Source of the DNA: Bacillota bacterium
GTDB taxonomy: Bacteria > Bacillota > Dehalobacteriia > UBA4068
Assembly: GCA_024679955.1 (NCBI GenBank)
Contig: JAILCQ010000001.1
Span: 8,904 to 72,903, forward strand
Reading direction: 5' to 3'
DNA length: 64,000 nucleotides
Shown here: piece by piece, positions 29,465 to 38,149 of the stretch
Layout of the letters: each line of letters opens with the position of its first letter
Numbering within the stretch: the stretch's first letter is position 1
Made by a program: the position numbers and the translations under genes
Notes under the pieces: generated by a model
What the model was told of the DNA's origin: nothing
Databases searched by the model: none
The model's input: the letters and a program-made list of their open reading frames with translations, nothing else

Positions 29465-31420
29465 TCAAACACTGGGGAAAGCGGGGATATCATTTTGCGG
29501 CGGCAAACAGGCGCCGCCTTGGCAAATATAAAAGGTGGTTTTGCCGTTGACCGGCGGATATTGGCGGTCGCCGTGGATCAGCCGCGTCCAAAGCGCCGGC
29601 GGCAAGGCGTTGCCCAGGGCCTGCAGGTTTTCTCCCTCTTCCGGGACGATCACCGCTTTGGGCGAAGGCTGCTCCTGATGGAGCAGGGCGGTCAGAAAAA
29701 GCGGATAGGCCGCCGGATAGGCTTGCGCCTGCCGCTTCATAAAAGCGATTTGCCGCGACAGAACTTCACCCCAGGGGTGCTCCGGACAAAGATAATCCAA
29801 AATCACCAGGCCGCAGGTCATCAGGGCGTTGCCGCTGACGCCGGCGCCGTCCCAGGTCTCCTTGGGCCGGTAAATCAGATCTTGACCGTCGCTTCCGGAA
29901 ATAAAAAAGCCGCCGTTTTCCGCATCGAAGAATTTTTCCACGGCCATGCGGGCATAGGCCTGGGCTTGGTTTAGATATTTCTCCTTCCAGGTGGCCTGAT
30001 AGAGGAAAATGCCTGCCGCCATACAAGCGGCGTAATCCAGACACAGGCCTTTTACCCCCCTATGACCTTGCCGGTAGCTGACGTACAGCGCATCCTCTCG
30101 CCGCAGATAGCGGTGAATGAAGTCCCAGGCCTTTTCCGCGGCGGTCAATAGGCCGTTTCCGCCGCCGGCCCGGGCCAGAAAGGCAAAAGCGGCGGCGGCA
30201 GCGGCGGTTACGGCGGTAAGGATCTTATCGTCGCAAAGCAAGGGAAAGCGGCTTTGGCGATAGGCCAAAATTTGCGGCAAACAGGCGTTGAAGCGAAAGT
30301 CGATGGCCTTGTCCGGCAGCAGGTTGGCAATATTTTTCCCTTGGAAATTGCCACTTGGGGTGATGTTATAGTAGTCGTTGAAGGCTTTGCCAGTTTCCGG
30401 CCCCAGGATATCCAGGATCTCCTCCGCCGTGAGCAGATAGTATTTGCCTTCCTCTCCCTCGCTGTCCGCATCCTGGGCGGTATAGACACCGCCTTCGGGA
30501 TGGGCGCCTTCCCGCAGGATGTAGGCGGCGATTTGGCCGGCGATATGCAAATACAAACGGTTTTGCGTCACCGTATAGGCCTTGGCGTAGCAGAGCGTCA
30601 GCAGGGCGTTGTCTTGAAACATCTTTTCAAAATGGGGAACGAGAAAATAGCGATCGGTGGAATAGCGGCAAAAGCCGTAGCCGATATGATCAAAGATGCC
30701 GCCCCGATACATTTGCTGCAGGGTATGCTCCGCCATGGCCAAAGCGGTTTTTTCGTGCCGTTTTTGATAATAGGTCAGCAAAAACAGAATATTGGCCGGG
30801 GAGGGGAATTTGGGCGCTTCGCCGAAGCCGCCGCATTGCGGGTCATAGCTCTGCCGCAGCTGCTCAAGGGCCGCTTGCGGCAAATCCTCCTCCGGGCTGT
30901 TGCCGGGCATCCCCATAGGGGTTGCGCTGAGCGCGGCGGTAAGCTTGTCCCCGGCTTGGGCCAATCGGTGGGGATCATTTTGCCATGCTTCGCCCAAAAT
31001 CTGCACCAGTTGCCGAAAACCGTTGCGGCCAAAGGCAGGCTCCTTGGGGAAATAGGTGCCGGCGAAAAAAGGCTTTTGTTCCGGCGTCATGAATATGCTC
31101 AAAGGCCAGCCGCCGCTGCCGCTGAGCAATTGACAGGCTTCCATATACACATGGTCGATATCCGGCCGTTCTTCCCGGTCCACTTTTATGGATACGAAAT
31201 AGCGGTTGAGCAAAGCGGCCACCTCCGGGTCGGCGAAGCTTTCCCGGGCCATCACATGGCACCAATGGCAGGCGCTGTAGCCGATGCTGAGAAAGACGGC
31301 CTTGCCCTGTTGCTGCGCCGTGTCGAAGGCTTCTTCACACCAAGGATACCAATCCACGGGGTCTTGGGCATGCTGCAATAAATACGGGCTGGCAGCGGCA
31401 GCCAAACGATTGGGCGACAT
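29465..31420 (-). CDS. Thioredoxin-domain protein YyaL (DUF255 / N-acylglucosamine-2-epimerase-like fold)
   Basis: N-terminal DPVDWYPW...[13 protein letters not shown]... thioredoxin-like domain, 651 aa. Confidence 0.85.
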   Translation of the reverse strand: MSPNRLAAAASPYLLQHAQDPVDWYPWCEEAFDTAQQQGKAVFLSIGYSACHWCHVMARESFADPEVAALLNRYFVSIKVDREERPDIDHVYMEACQLLSGSGGWPLSIFMTPEQKPFFAGTYFPKEPAFGRNGFRQLVQILGEAWQNDPHRLAQAGDKLTAALSATPMGMPGNSPEEDLPQAALEQLRQSYDPQCGGFGEAPKFPSPANILFLLTYYQKRHEKTALAMAEHTLQQMYRGGIFDHIGYGFCRYSTDRYFLVPHFEKMFQDNALLTLCYAKAYTVTQNRLYLHIAGQIAAYILREGAHPEGGVYTAQDADSEGEEGKYYLLTAEEILDILGPETGKAFNDYYNITPSGNFQGKNIANLLPDKAIDFRFNACLPQILAYRQSRFPLLCDDKILTAVTAAAAAAFAFLARAGGGNGLLTAAEKAWDFIHRYLRREDALYVSYRQGHRGVKGLCLDYAACMAAGIFLYQATWKEKYLNQAQAYARMAVEKFFDAENGGFFISGSDGQDLIYRPKETWDGAGVSGNALMTCGLVILDYLCPEHPWGEVLSRQIAFMKRQAQAYPAAYPLFLTALLHQEQPSPKAVIVPEEGENLQALGNALPPALWTRLIHGDRQYPPVNGKTTFYICQGGACLPPQNDIPAFPSV

Positions 31421-31553
31421 AGGGAGACCTCCTGTGATTTTTTATAGTTGACATATATAGCATACCGGATTTTGCGGAAAAATATCAGAAAAATTTTTGC
31501 GCCTTGGTATAGCCGGCGGCCGACTGCCTATACTAGATACGGAGGTGAAAACA

Positions 31554-32015
31554 ATGCTGTTATCGCAAAAAGAAAACGAATTGTTAAAAGAGTTAAAGGA
31601 ACAAGAACGGATCAGCGTAAGCAAATACCGTCATTATGCCGGCCAATCGGCGGACGGCCAATTGAAAAGCCTGTTTTCGCAGATCGCCCAAAGAGAAACA
31701 CAGCATTTGCAGACCCTGGAACAAATGAGCGCGGGGCAGATCCCCGCCGCCGGCGGCGGCGCATCCGCTCCTTCCACGCCGGCGTTTACGGCCTATTATA
31801 CCCAGACCAACAACAATGAAGCCAAGCAAAACGACAGCTATTTATGCGGCGACGCGCTGCTCAGCGAAAAGCATGCCTCTCATTTATACGATACTGCCTC
31901 TTTGAGTTCAAAGAGCAAGGGCTGCGGGACGCCTTGAACCACATTCAAAAAGAAGAACAGCAGCACGGAAAAATGATTTACGATTATATGCAGGCCAACG
32001 CCATGTACTCTTAAA
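31554..32015 (+). pseudogene. CotF-family spore coat protein gene interrupted by a frameshift
   Basis: Coat_F N-terminal domain in the 31554..31937 frame (ELLKELKEQERISVSKYRHYAG...). The conserved C-terminus (...RDALNHIQKEEQQHGKMIYDYMQANAMYS*) continues in the +2 frame to 32015. The junction is near gcctctttgag at about 31900. Confidence 0.65.
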
Positions 32016-32053
32016 GCCGCCGGGCCGGATAAGGGGCAGCTGGGAAAACATCG

Positions 32054-32089
32054 GGTTCGATTTTCTTTCGGGGAAATCGAACCTTTTTT
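32054..32089 (+). terminator. Rho-independent terminator after the cotF-like gene
   Basis: GGTTCGATTTTCTTTCGGGGAAATCGAACC hairpin followed by TTTTTT. Confidence 0.8.
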
Positions 32090-32103
32090 ATGCCGGTTAC
32101 GGA

Positions 32104-32155
32104 TTGACAAGCGGTATGGATGTGTTATAATAACATTTGCGATTTAGTTGCAAAT
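32104..32155 (+). promoter_or_regulatory. Sigma-A promoter (TTGACA-N16-TATAAT) with overlapping Fur-family (Zur-like) palindrome ATTTGC-N9-GCAAAT
   Basis: ttgacaagcggtatggatgtgttataat, then atttgcgatttagttgcaaat between the -10 and the RBS of the Fur-family gene. Confidence 0.6.
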
Positions 32156-32171
32156 ATCGAGAGGGACGGCC

Positions 32172-32588
32172 ATGAAAAAATACGATACGGCGCAAAGAAA
32201 ACAATTGCTGGCTTTTTTTGAAGCCCATTGCCATGAACAGTTTTCCATCGATGAAATCGTCGCCGCTTTGTCCGAAAAAGAGCCCATAGAGCGCAGCGTG
32301 GTCTACCGCAATGTAGACAGGATGCTGCGGGAAGGGCTTTTGCACAAATCGGCCCGGGAAAACAGCCGTAAGTTCTATTATCAATATGTAGGAAGCAGCC
32401 AATGCCACAAGCGCTTGCATTTGCAATGCACGGAATGCGGGCGTATTTTCCATATAGAAAACCAGGCCGACGAGGAACAGATCAAACAGGTGTTGCGCAA
32501 CAACGGCTTGCTGCTGGATGAACAAAAGACGGTGTTGATGGGTCCCTGCCGCCGATGCGGCGAACATTTGCACAAACCGCCGGAATAA
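32172..32588 (+). CDS. zur: Fur-family metalloregulator, probably Zur
   Basis: Fur-family DNA-binding N-terminus plus CxxC...CxxC metal sites. Leads a Zn/Mn-type ABC transporter operon. Confidence 0.75.
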   Translation: MKKYDTAQRKQLLAFFEAHCHEQFSIDEIVAALSEKEPIERSVVYRNVDRMLREGLLHKSARENSRKFYYQYVGSSQCHKRLHLQCTECGRIFHIENQADEEQIKQVLRNNGLLLDEQKTVLMGPCRRCGEHLHKPPE

Positions 32589-32605
32589 AGCAGGGGGGAT
32601 CATCC

Positions 32606-33565
32606 ATGAAAAAAACCATACTTTGTTTGCTGCTCCTGGCGGTTTTGCTGTGCGCCTGCGCGCCCGCCGGCGAAGTGGCGGAAAACAACGACGGCAAGCC
32701 GCTGATCGTTTGCACCGTTTTCCCGGAATACGATTGGCTGCGGCAGCTTTTGGGGGAGCGGGCGGATCGATTCGATTTGCGCCTGCTGCTGCATAACGGC
32801 GCGGATATGCATAGCTATCAGCCTTCCGTGGAGGATATGGTCGCCATCTCTTCCTGCGATATGCTGGTGTATGTGGGCGGGCAATCGGATCGATGGCTAA
32901 GCGATATGCTGGCCGGCGACGAGAAGCCGGAGCGGATCGCAGTCGATCTGTTCGACGTTTTGTCCGGCCGCCTGTTGGAGGAAGAATTGTCTCCCGGCAT
33001 GGAAGAGGAAGAAGAGGAAGACGGCGGCGTATATGACGAGCATGTGTGGCTTTCGCTGAAAAACGCGGAAATCGTCTGCGACCGCCTGACAGAGCAGCTG
33101 TCGCTTTTGGATCCCCAGGGGGCGGAGGTATATGCCGTCAACAATCAGGCCTATCAGTCCCAATTGCAGGCACTGGATGCGGACTACCGGCAAACGTTGG
33201 ATGCCGCCCCGGTGAAGCGCCTGCTGTTTGGCGACCGTTTTCCCTTTTTGTATTTGGTCAAGGATTATCAATTGGCCTATGACGCGGCTTTCCCCGGTTG
33301 TTCCGCGGAAACGGAAGCCAGTTTTGAAACCGTGACTTATTTGGCCGGTCAATTGAAAACCTTAGGCTTACCGGCGGTTTTGACCCTGGAAAACAGCGCC
33401 TCCGCCATTGCGGAAACGATCGTAAAAAACAGCGGCGCGGAAAACGTGGCCATTTTGACTCTGAACTCTATGCAGTCGGTCACGGATCAGGAGATCGACG
33501 CCGGGGCCGCCTATCTTTCTATAATGGAAGAGAATTTGCAGACTTTGCGGCAAGCCTTAAACTGA
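32606..33565 (+). CDS. znuA: Metal (zinc) ABC transporter substrate-binding lipoprotein, cluster A-I/ZnuA family
   Basis: Lipoprotein signal (LLCACA). His/Asp/Glu-rich flexible loop (EEELSPGMEEEEEEDGGVYDEHVW), typical of ZnuA. Confidence 0.8.
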   Translation: MKKTILCLLLLAVLLCACAPAGEVAENNDGKPLIVCTVFPEYDWLRQLLGERADRFDLRLLLHNGADMHSYQPSVEDMVAISSCDMLVYVGGQSDRWLSDMLAGDEKPERIAVDLFDVLSGRLLEEELSPGMEEEEEEDGGVYDEHVWLSLKNAEIVCDRLTEQLSLLDPQGAEVYAVNNQAYQSQLQALDADYRQTLDAAPVKRLLFGDRFPFLYLVKDYQLAYDAAFPGCSAETEASFETVTYLAGQLKTLGLPAVLTLENSASAIAETIVKNSGAENVAILTLNSMQSVTDQEIDAGAAYLSIMEENLQTLRQALN

Positions 33566-33577
33566 AGGGAAGGCGGA

Positions 33578-34297
33578 ATGCATATGGCATTGTTGGAATG
33601 CCGGGATGTGACTTTGGCTTATGAAGGGCATACGGTGGTAGAAAACCTGAGCTTTTGCCTTGAAGAAGGGGATTATCTATGCATTGTCGGCGAAAACGGT
33701 TCCGGCAAAAGCACATTGATCCGCACCCTGCTGCATTTGAAAAAGCCCAGTGCCGGCCAAATCCTCTATGGCCAGGGATTGCAGCATAAGAGCATCGGCT
33801 ATTTGCCGCAGCAAAGCGCGGTTCCCCAGGATTTCCCGGCTACGGTGGAAGAGATCGTGCGTTCCGCCTGCTTGAGCCGCAGCGGTTGGCGGCCTTTTTA
33901 TACGAAGGAAGAAAAGCGGCAGGCCGAAGACAATATGCGGAAAACCGGCGTGTCCCATCTGGCCAAAAGATGCTGCCGGGAGCTGTCCGGCGGTCAACAG
34001 CAGCGGGTGCTGCTGGCCAGGGCGCTGGGGGCGGCCACCAAGCTTTTGCTTTTGGACGAACCGGTAGCCGGTTTGGATCCCCAGGCCGGAGAGGGCCTGT
34101 ACGGCTTGATCGAAAAACTCAACCGGCGGGAGAAAATGACGGTGATCATGGTGACCCATGACGTTGCCGCCGCCGTAAAATATGCCAGCCATATCCTGCA
34201 TCTTGCCCACAGGCCGCTGTTTTTCGGTACGGCGGCCGGCTATCAACAAAGCGATACCGGCAAATCCTTTATGCGCTGGACGAAAGGGGAAGGATGA
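33578..34297 (+). CDS. znuC: Metal ABC transporter ATP-binding protein
   Basis: Walker A GENGSGKST, signature LSGGQQQR, Walker B LLLDEP. Confidence 0.85.
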   Translation: MHMALLECRDVTLAYEGHTVVENLSFCLEEGDYLCIVGENGSGKSTLIRTLLHLKKPSAGQILYGQGLQHKSIGYLPQQSAVPQDFPATVEEIVRSACLSRSGWRPFYTKEEKRQAEDNMRKTGVSHLAKRCCRELSGGQQQRVLLARALGAATKLLLLDEPVAGLDPQAGEGLYGLIEKLNRREKMTVIMVTHDVAAAVKYASHILHLAHRPLFFGTAAGYQQSDTGKSFMRWTKGEG

Positions 34298-35154
34298 TGG
34301 CTGCGCTGACGTCTATGTTATCTCAATATTTTCAATATCCTTTTGTGCGCTACGCTTTTGCCGTTGGCATATTGATCGCCCTTTGTTCGTCGCTGCTGGG
34401 GGTGACGCTGGTGCTGAAACGGTTTTCCTTTATCGGCGACGGCCTGTCCCATGTGGCTTTTGGCGCTTTGGCCGTGGCTACGGTGGTAAACGTGCAAAAC
34501 GATACCCTGGTGGTGTTTCCCATCACCGTGGCCAGCGCCATTTTATTGCTGCGGGCCGGACAAAATGCCAAGGTGAAAGGGGATGCAGCCATTGCCATGG
34601 TTTCCGTGGCCTCACTGGCCTTGGGCTATTTATTGCTGCATCTTTTTTCCGCCTCGTCCAATATCAGCGGCGATGTATGCGGCACTTTGTTCGGCGCCAC
34701 CGCCATTTTGACGCTGAGCGCAGCCGACGTTTGGCTCTGTTTCGCCATGTCTTTGGCGGTGATCGTTTTGTTTGTATGCTTTTATCATAAGATTTTTGCG
34801 GTCACGTTCGACGAAACATTTGCCCGGGCCATCGGCGTCAACGTGGGCGGCTATAATATATTCATTGCCACGGTGATTGCCGTGGTCATCGTATTGGCCA
34901 TGAAGCTGGTGGGCTCTTTGCTGATTTCCGCTTTGGTGATTTTCCCCGCTTTGTCCGCCATGCGCTTATACAAAAGCTTCCGCAGCGTGATCCTCTTTTC
35001 CGCCTGTTTTTCCGTTTGCGCGGCGGCTATCGGCATGACCGTCGCCATTCTGGCAGGCACGCCGGTAGGCGCTACCATCGTCACCGTGGATCTGCTGCTG
35101 TTCGCGATTTGCTTCGCCCTGGGCGGCCTGCGCCCCCATCTGGGCAGGGCATAA
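34294..35154 (+). CDS. znuB: Metal ABC transporter permease
   Basis: 8-TM ABC-3 family permease. ATGA overlap with znuC. Confidence 0.85.
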   Translation: MMAALTSMLSQYFQYPFVRYAFAVGILIALCSSLLGVTLVLKRFSFIGDGLSHVAFGALAVATVVNVQNDTLVVFPITVASAILLLRAGQNAKVKGDAAIAMVSVASLALGYLLLHLFSASSNISGDVCGTLFGATAILTLSAADVWLCFAMSLAVIVLFVCFYHKIFAVTFDETFARAIGVNVGGYNIFIATVIAVVIVLAMKLVGSLLISALVIFPALSAMRLYKSFRSVILFSACFSVCAAAIGMTVAILAGTPVGATIVTVDLLLFAICFALGGLRPHLGRA

Positions 35155-35277
35155 GGGGTAAACAAAACCTTGACGCTGCATACGGATGGATGTAAAATAA
35201 TCTTATCTTGTCCAAACGGCGCCGCCGGGGCCGGAAAAGCATGCCGCCGGCAGCGCCGCAAGCAAAAAGCCGAATAT

Positions 35278-35354
35278 GTCCCTGTAGCTCAGCAGGATAG
35301 AGCACATGCCTCCTAAGCATGGGGTCGGAGGTTCGAATCCTCTTAGGGACGCCA
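35278..35354 (+). tRNA. tRNA-Arg (anticodon CCT)
   Basis: GTCCCTGTAGCTCAGCAGGATAGAGCACATGCCTCCTAAGCATGGGGTCGGAGGTTCGAATCCTCTTAGGGACGCCA: cloverleaf with anticodon loop CTCCTAA and encoded CCA. Confidence 0.85.
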
Positions 35355-35362
35355 AAGAAAAA

Positions 35363-35394
35363 AGTGCCGAAAATCACTGATTTCGGCACTTTTT
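35363..35394 (+). terminator. Rho-independent terminator after tRNA-Arg
   Basis: AGTGCCGAAAATCACTGATTTCGGCACT hairpin followed by TTTT. Confidence 0.8.
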
Positions 35395-35577
35395 CATATC
35401 TTTCGCTAAACCGCTAAAAGCAGTCCCAGGTCGTTTTCAAGACTTCGCTGGAAACCGGTGATTCAGAAGCAAATCCACTATGTGGAAGTACGATTTATCC
35501 CGGCAAAGAGCTCCGTTATTCCGTACGCGTCCCGGGTATTTGCCTCGGCTGCTTTTTTATGAATCTCATCGACCAGG

Positions 35578-37518
35578 TCAAATCTCTTTCGCTACGGTGT
35601 AGGCCTTGTAGATCGCCCATTTTGCGTCTTTCACAGCTTCGGCGTCGCCGATCGTGTAAACCTCCGGCGCCAGTCCCTCGGTGGCGAATGGCAGATAAGG
35701 GCTGGAACCCAAGGCCAGAATCACATGGTCAAAGCCGTCAAGCACGATCTGTTCGCCATCGCACTCGGCTTTTACGCCGCCGGGGATGAACTCCAGCACC
35801 TTGGTGTTGGTGTGGATCTCCACTTCCTCATCCTTCAAACGGTCCAGCAAGGCGTTGCGAACGGTGAGATACAGGGTGGGAACGATCTGGGGCAGCATTT
35901 CGACGATGACGACCTTGGAGCAATAGTCGGTGGCATACTCCGCGGTCTCTGCGCCGACCTCGCCGCCGCCGATGATCAGGGCGGATTGCTTCAGCACAGG
36001 ATTGCCCAGCAGCACGTCGTTGGCAAGGACAACGCCGGTTTCCTGCAAGCCCTTGATGTTGGGCACGATGGGCTTGGCGCCGGTGGCCATGATCAGCACG
36101 TCGGGCTTCAGTTCGGCAATCCGTTCGGGGGTGGCTTCGGTGTTCCAGCGCAGGTCGACGCCATTTTTCTCGCACTGGTGGAGCATGTAACGGATCTCGC
36201 GGGTCAGAGGCTGCTTGAAGGGCGGGAAAGCGCCGATGCGAAGCTGACCGCCGGCAGCCAGCTTATCTTCCTTTTCCAGAAGGGTGACCTGGTGCCCTCT
36301 GTAGGCGCTCATCCAGGCAGCGGTCATGCCGGCGGGGCCCGCGCCGACCACGACGACCTTCTTGGGATCGTCGGTCAACTGCAGCATACGATCTGCTCTG
36401 TGGCTGGACTGTGGATTGTACATGCAGCCTACGCCCCAGTCTCCGGGCATCAGATTCTCGGGATAGTTGAACTCCATGCATCGCTGCGTGCAGCCGATGC
36501 AGGGGATAATGTCGTCCAGCGCGCCGCCGACGGCCTTATTGGGGAAGTCGGGGTCGGCAATGGATTGACGGCCAAGAGAAACGGCGTCGCAGTCGCCTCT
36601 CTTGATTGCGGTCTCAATGGTGTAGGGATCGTGGAACAGGCCCACGGAGAAAACCGGGATGTTGACGGCTTCCTTGATGCGGCGGCTATTCCCCAGATTC
36701 CAGCCGGACTGCCAGGCAGTGGGCGGTACGATGGTTTCCCAGGTCTCATACGTACCGGCAGAGATATGAAGGGCGTCGTAGCCGTATTCTTCAAGCATGG
36801 AGGCAAAGACGATGGTCTCCTCCATCTCCAGGCCGCCGATGCGGTTTTCAAAGGCGCTCAATCGGGTGGTGACAACGAAATCTTTGCCACAGGCGGCCTT
36901 GATGCCCTCAACGATCAGCTTCATAAAGTATGCCCTGCCGTCCAGGCCGCCGCCGAATTCGTCCACACGCTTGTTTGAGCGGGGGGACAGGAACTGTCCG
37001 CCCATGTAGCCGTGGGAGGCGTGTATCTCTACGCCGTCAAAGCCTGCTTTCTTCATGCGCACAGCGGCGTCCACATAGTGCTGGATCAAATCATAGACTT
37101 CCTGCGTGGTAAATTCTTTTGGCGTCTCGCGGTTGGTAGGGCAGGGAACGGAGGAGGGCGCCACCACTTTGCCCGCCATCAGGGAGACGGTCTCGCGGCC
37201 GGCGTGATGCAGCTGTACAATGGTCTTGGCTCCCTTTTCATGGATGACGCTGGCCAGCTTTGTCATGCCGGGAATGCAGTCGTCGGTCCAGCCGGCAGGC
37301 TCGCAGGGCATACCGACGCCGGTAGGCTCAACAGCGGTGATCTCGATGATGATCAGGCCGAACCCGCCTGCGGCACGGGCGCCGTAGTAGTCCAGCGTAG
37401 GCTGAATCACGAAGCCCTTCTGGTCAAATACGCCGGAATCCATTGCGGGAACGATGAGCCTGTTCTTGATTTCAAGGCTACCGATCTTGTAGGGAGAGAA
37501 CGTTTTTGAGAATGCCAT
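35578..37518 (-). CDS. Two-domain flavoprotein: OYE-type NADH:flavin oxidoreductase (TIM barrel) fused to an FAD/NAD(P)-binding pyridine-nucleotide-disulfide oxidoreductase domain (2,4-dienoyl-CoA-reductase/enoate-reductase-like)
   Basis: N-terminal OYE motifs (MAFSKTFSPYKIGSLEIKNRLIVPAM, HHAGR) and a C-terminal GAGPAGM Rossmann motif. GGAAGGAG RBS before the ATG at 37518 (minus strand). The longer ORF to 37626 is an over-extension. Confidence 0.85.
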   Translation of the reverse strand: MAFSKTFSPYKIGSLEIKNRLIVPAMDSGVFDQKGFVIQPTLDYYGARAAGGFGLIIIEITAVEPTGVGMPCEPAGWTDDCIPGMTKLASVIHEKGAKTIVQLHHAGRETVSLMAGKVVAPSSVPCPTNRETPKEFTTQEVYDLIQHYVDAAVRMKKAGFDGVEIHASHGYMGGQFLSPRSNKRVDEFGGGLDGRAYFMKLIVEGIKAACGKDFVVTTRLSAFENRIGGLEMEETIVFASMLEEYGYDALHISAGTYETWETIVPPTAWQSGWNLGNSRRIKEAVNIPVFSVGLFHDPYTIETAIKRGDCDAVSLGRQSIADPDFPNKAVGGALDDIIPCIGCTQRCMEFNYPENLMPGDWGVGCMYNPQSSHRADRMLQLTDDPKKVVVVGAGPAGMTAAWMSAYRGHQVTLLEKEDKLAAGGQLRIGAFPPFKQPLTREIRYMLHQCEKNGVDLRWNTEATPERIAELKPDVLIMATGAKPIVPNIKGLQETGVVLANDVLLGNPVLKQSALIIGGGEVGAETAEYATDYCSKVVIVEMLPQIVPTLYLTVRNALLDRLKDEEVEIHTNTKVLEFIPGGVKAECDGEQIVLDGFDHVILALGSSPYLPFATEGLAPEVYTIGDAEAVKDAKWAIYKAYTVAKEI

Positions 37519-37909
37519 ATGATACACTCCTTCCGAATATAGAATAGTACTGTGGGCGCCGCCCGCATTTCTGCCGAAGCAGCGCTCTGCTTCTTTCAAT
37601 ATAACATTTTGCATCCAAATAGTCAAACGCGGACGTTAGTGATGGGTTAGGAGACCAGCTTCCTTCGTTTATAAGCAGCATACGAATCCGTTCATTTCTG
37701 TGCCTCCGGCGGCGCAGACGCCTTCTTGTACTGCGAGCCTCCCTGCGCGGAGCCGCAAGTGAAGCACCGGATTTCGGCTGCTCAGCCGCGTCAAAGATGC
37801 GCGTTCCCATGCCGAGAATGCCGTAGGGATTGTCATCCTCATTCAGAGCGACCGTTGCCCATCCGACAGAAGTAATGCCAATATCCAATCCGATACCGTA
37901 CCGAAACAT
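37478..37909 (-). pseudogene. cas9: 5' remnant of a type II-C-like cas9 gene: RuvC-I motif plus Arg-rich bridge helix only
   Basis: Residues 1-~90 (MFRYGIGLDIGITSVGWATVALNEDDNPYGILGMGTRIFDAAEQPKSGASLAAPRREARSTRRRLRRRRHRNERIRMLLINEG) match the Cas9 N-terminus, with the catalytic Asp in GLDIG and the bridge helix. GGAGGAAGG RBS. Beyond roughly 37640 the frame reads through the oxidoreductase promoter and start with no Cas9 similarity. Confidence 0.7.
37598..37626 (-). promoter_or_regulatory. Sigma-A promoter of the flavin oxidoreductase gene (TTGACT-N17-TATATT)
   Basis: Minus strand reads ttgactatttggatgcaaaatgttatatt, followed by a GAAGCAG-agcg-CTGCTTC hairpin in the 5' UTR. Confidence 0.55.
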
Positions 37910-37914
37910 TTGCC

Positions 37915-38033
37915 TTCCTCCATTCTCCGTATAGAGATAACGCCTCGCAAAGGCGAGGCGTTTGGACTCTGCGGTTTACTACCTTGTTATAGTAACCTGC
38001 ATAGTTCTTGGTATGGTATAAAGAACTAACTAT
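37915..38033 (-). other. Structured leader / candidate small RNA between a sigma-A promoter and the cas9 stub, with three consecutive hairpins
   Basis: Minus-strand transcript carries hairpins AGUUCUU-N11-AAGAACU, GUUACUA-N8-UAGUAAC and CGCCUCGCC-UUU-GCGAGGCG, then UUAUCUCUAU. Function unknown. Confidence 0.3.
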
Positions 38034-38062
38034 TGTATATCAGTGTGGTCAATATATGTCAA
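38034..38062 (-). promoter_or_regulatory. Sigma-A promoter driving the cas9 remnant and its leader (TTGACA-N17-TATACA)
   Basis: Minus strand reads ttgacatatattgaccacactgatataca. Confidence 0.55.
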
Positions 38063-38149
38063 CGATTATCTCAATTTTCGGTCTTGGCAGCGTATTTCGG
38101 GCAAATTCTAATATAAACTATCCTATGAGATGCAGTCTTCCCATGACCT

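Noticed and set aside
35520-35577. Possible terminator (GCCTCGGCTGCTTTTTTA) downstream of the oxidoreductase gene
   Set aside because: The stem is only 3-4 bp and the T-tract is on the wrong strand for the minus-strand gene.
35725-36978. 417-aa plus-strand ORF antisense to the flavin oxidoreductase
   Set aside because: Antisense artefact of a GC-rich gene.
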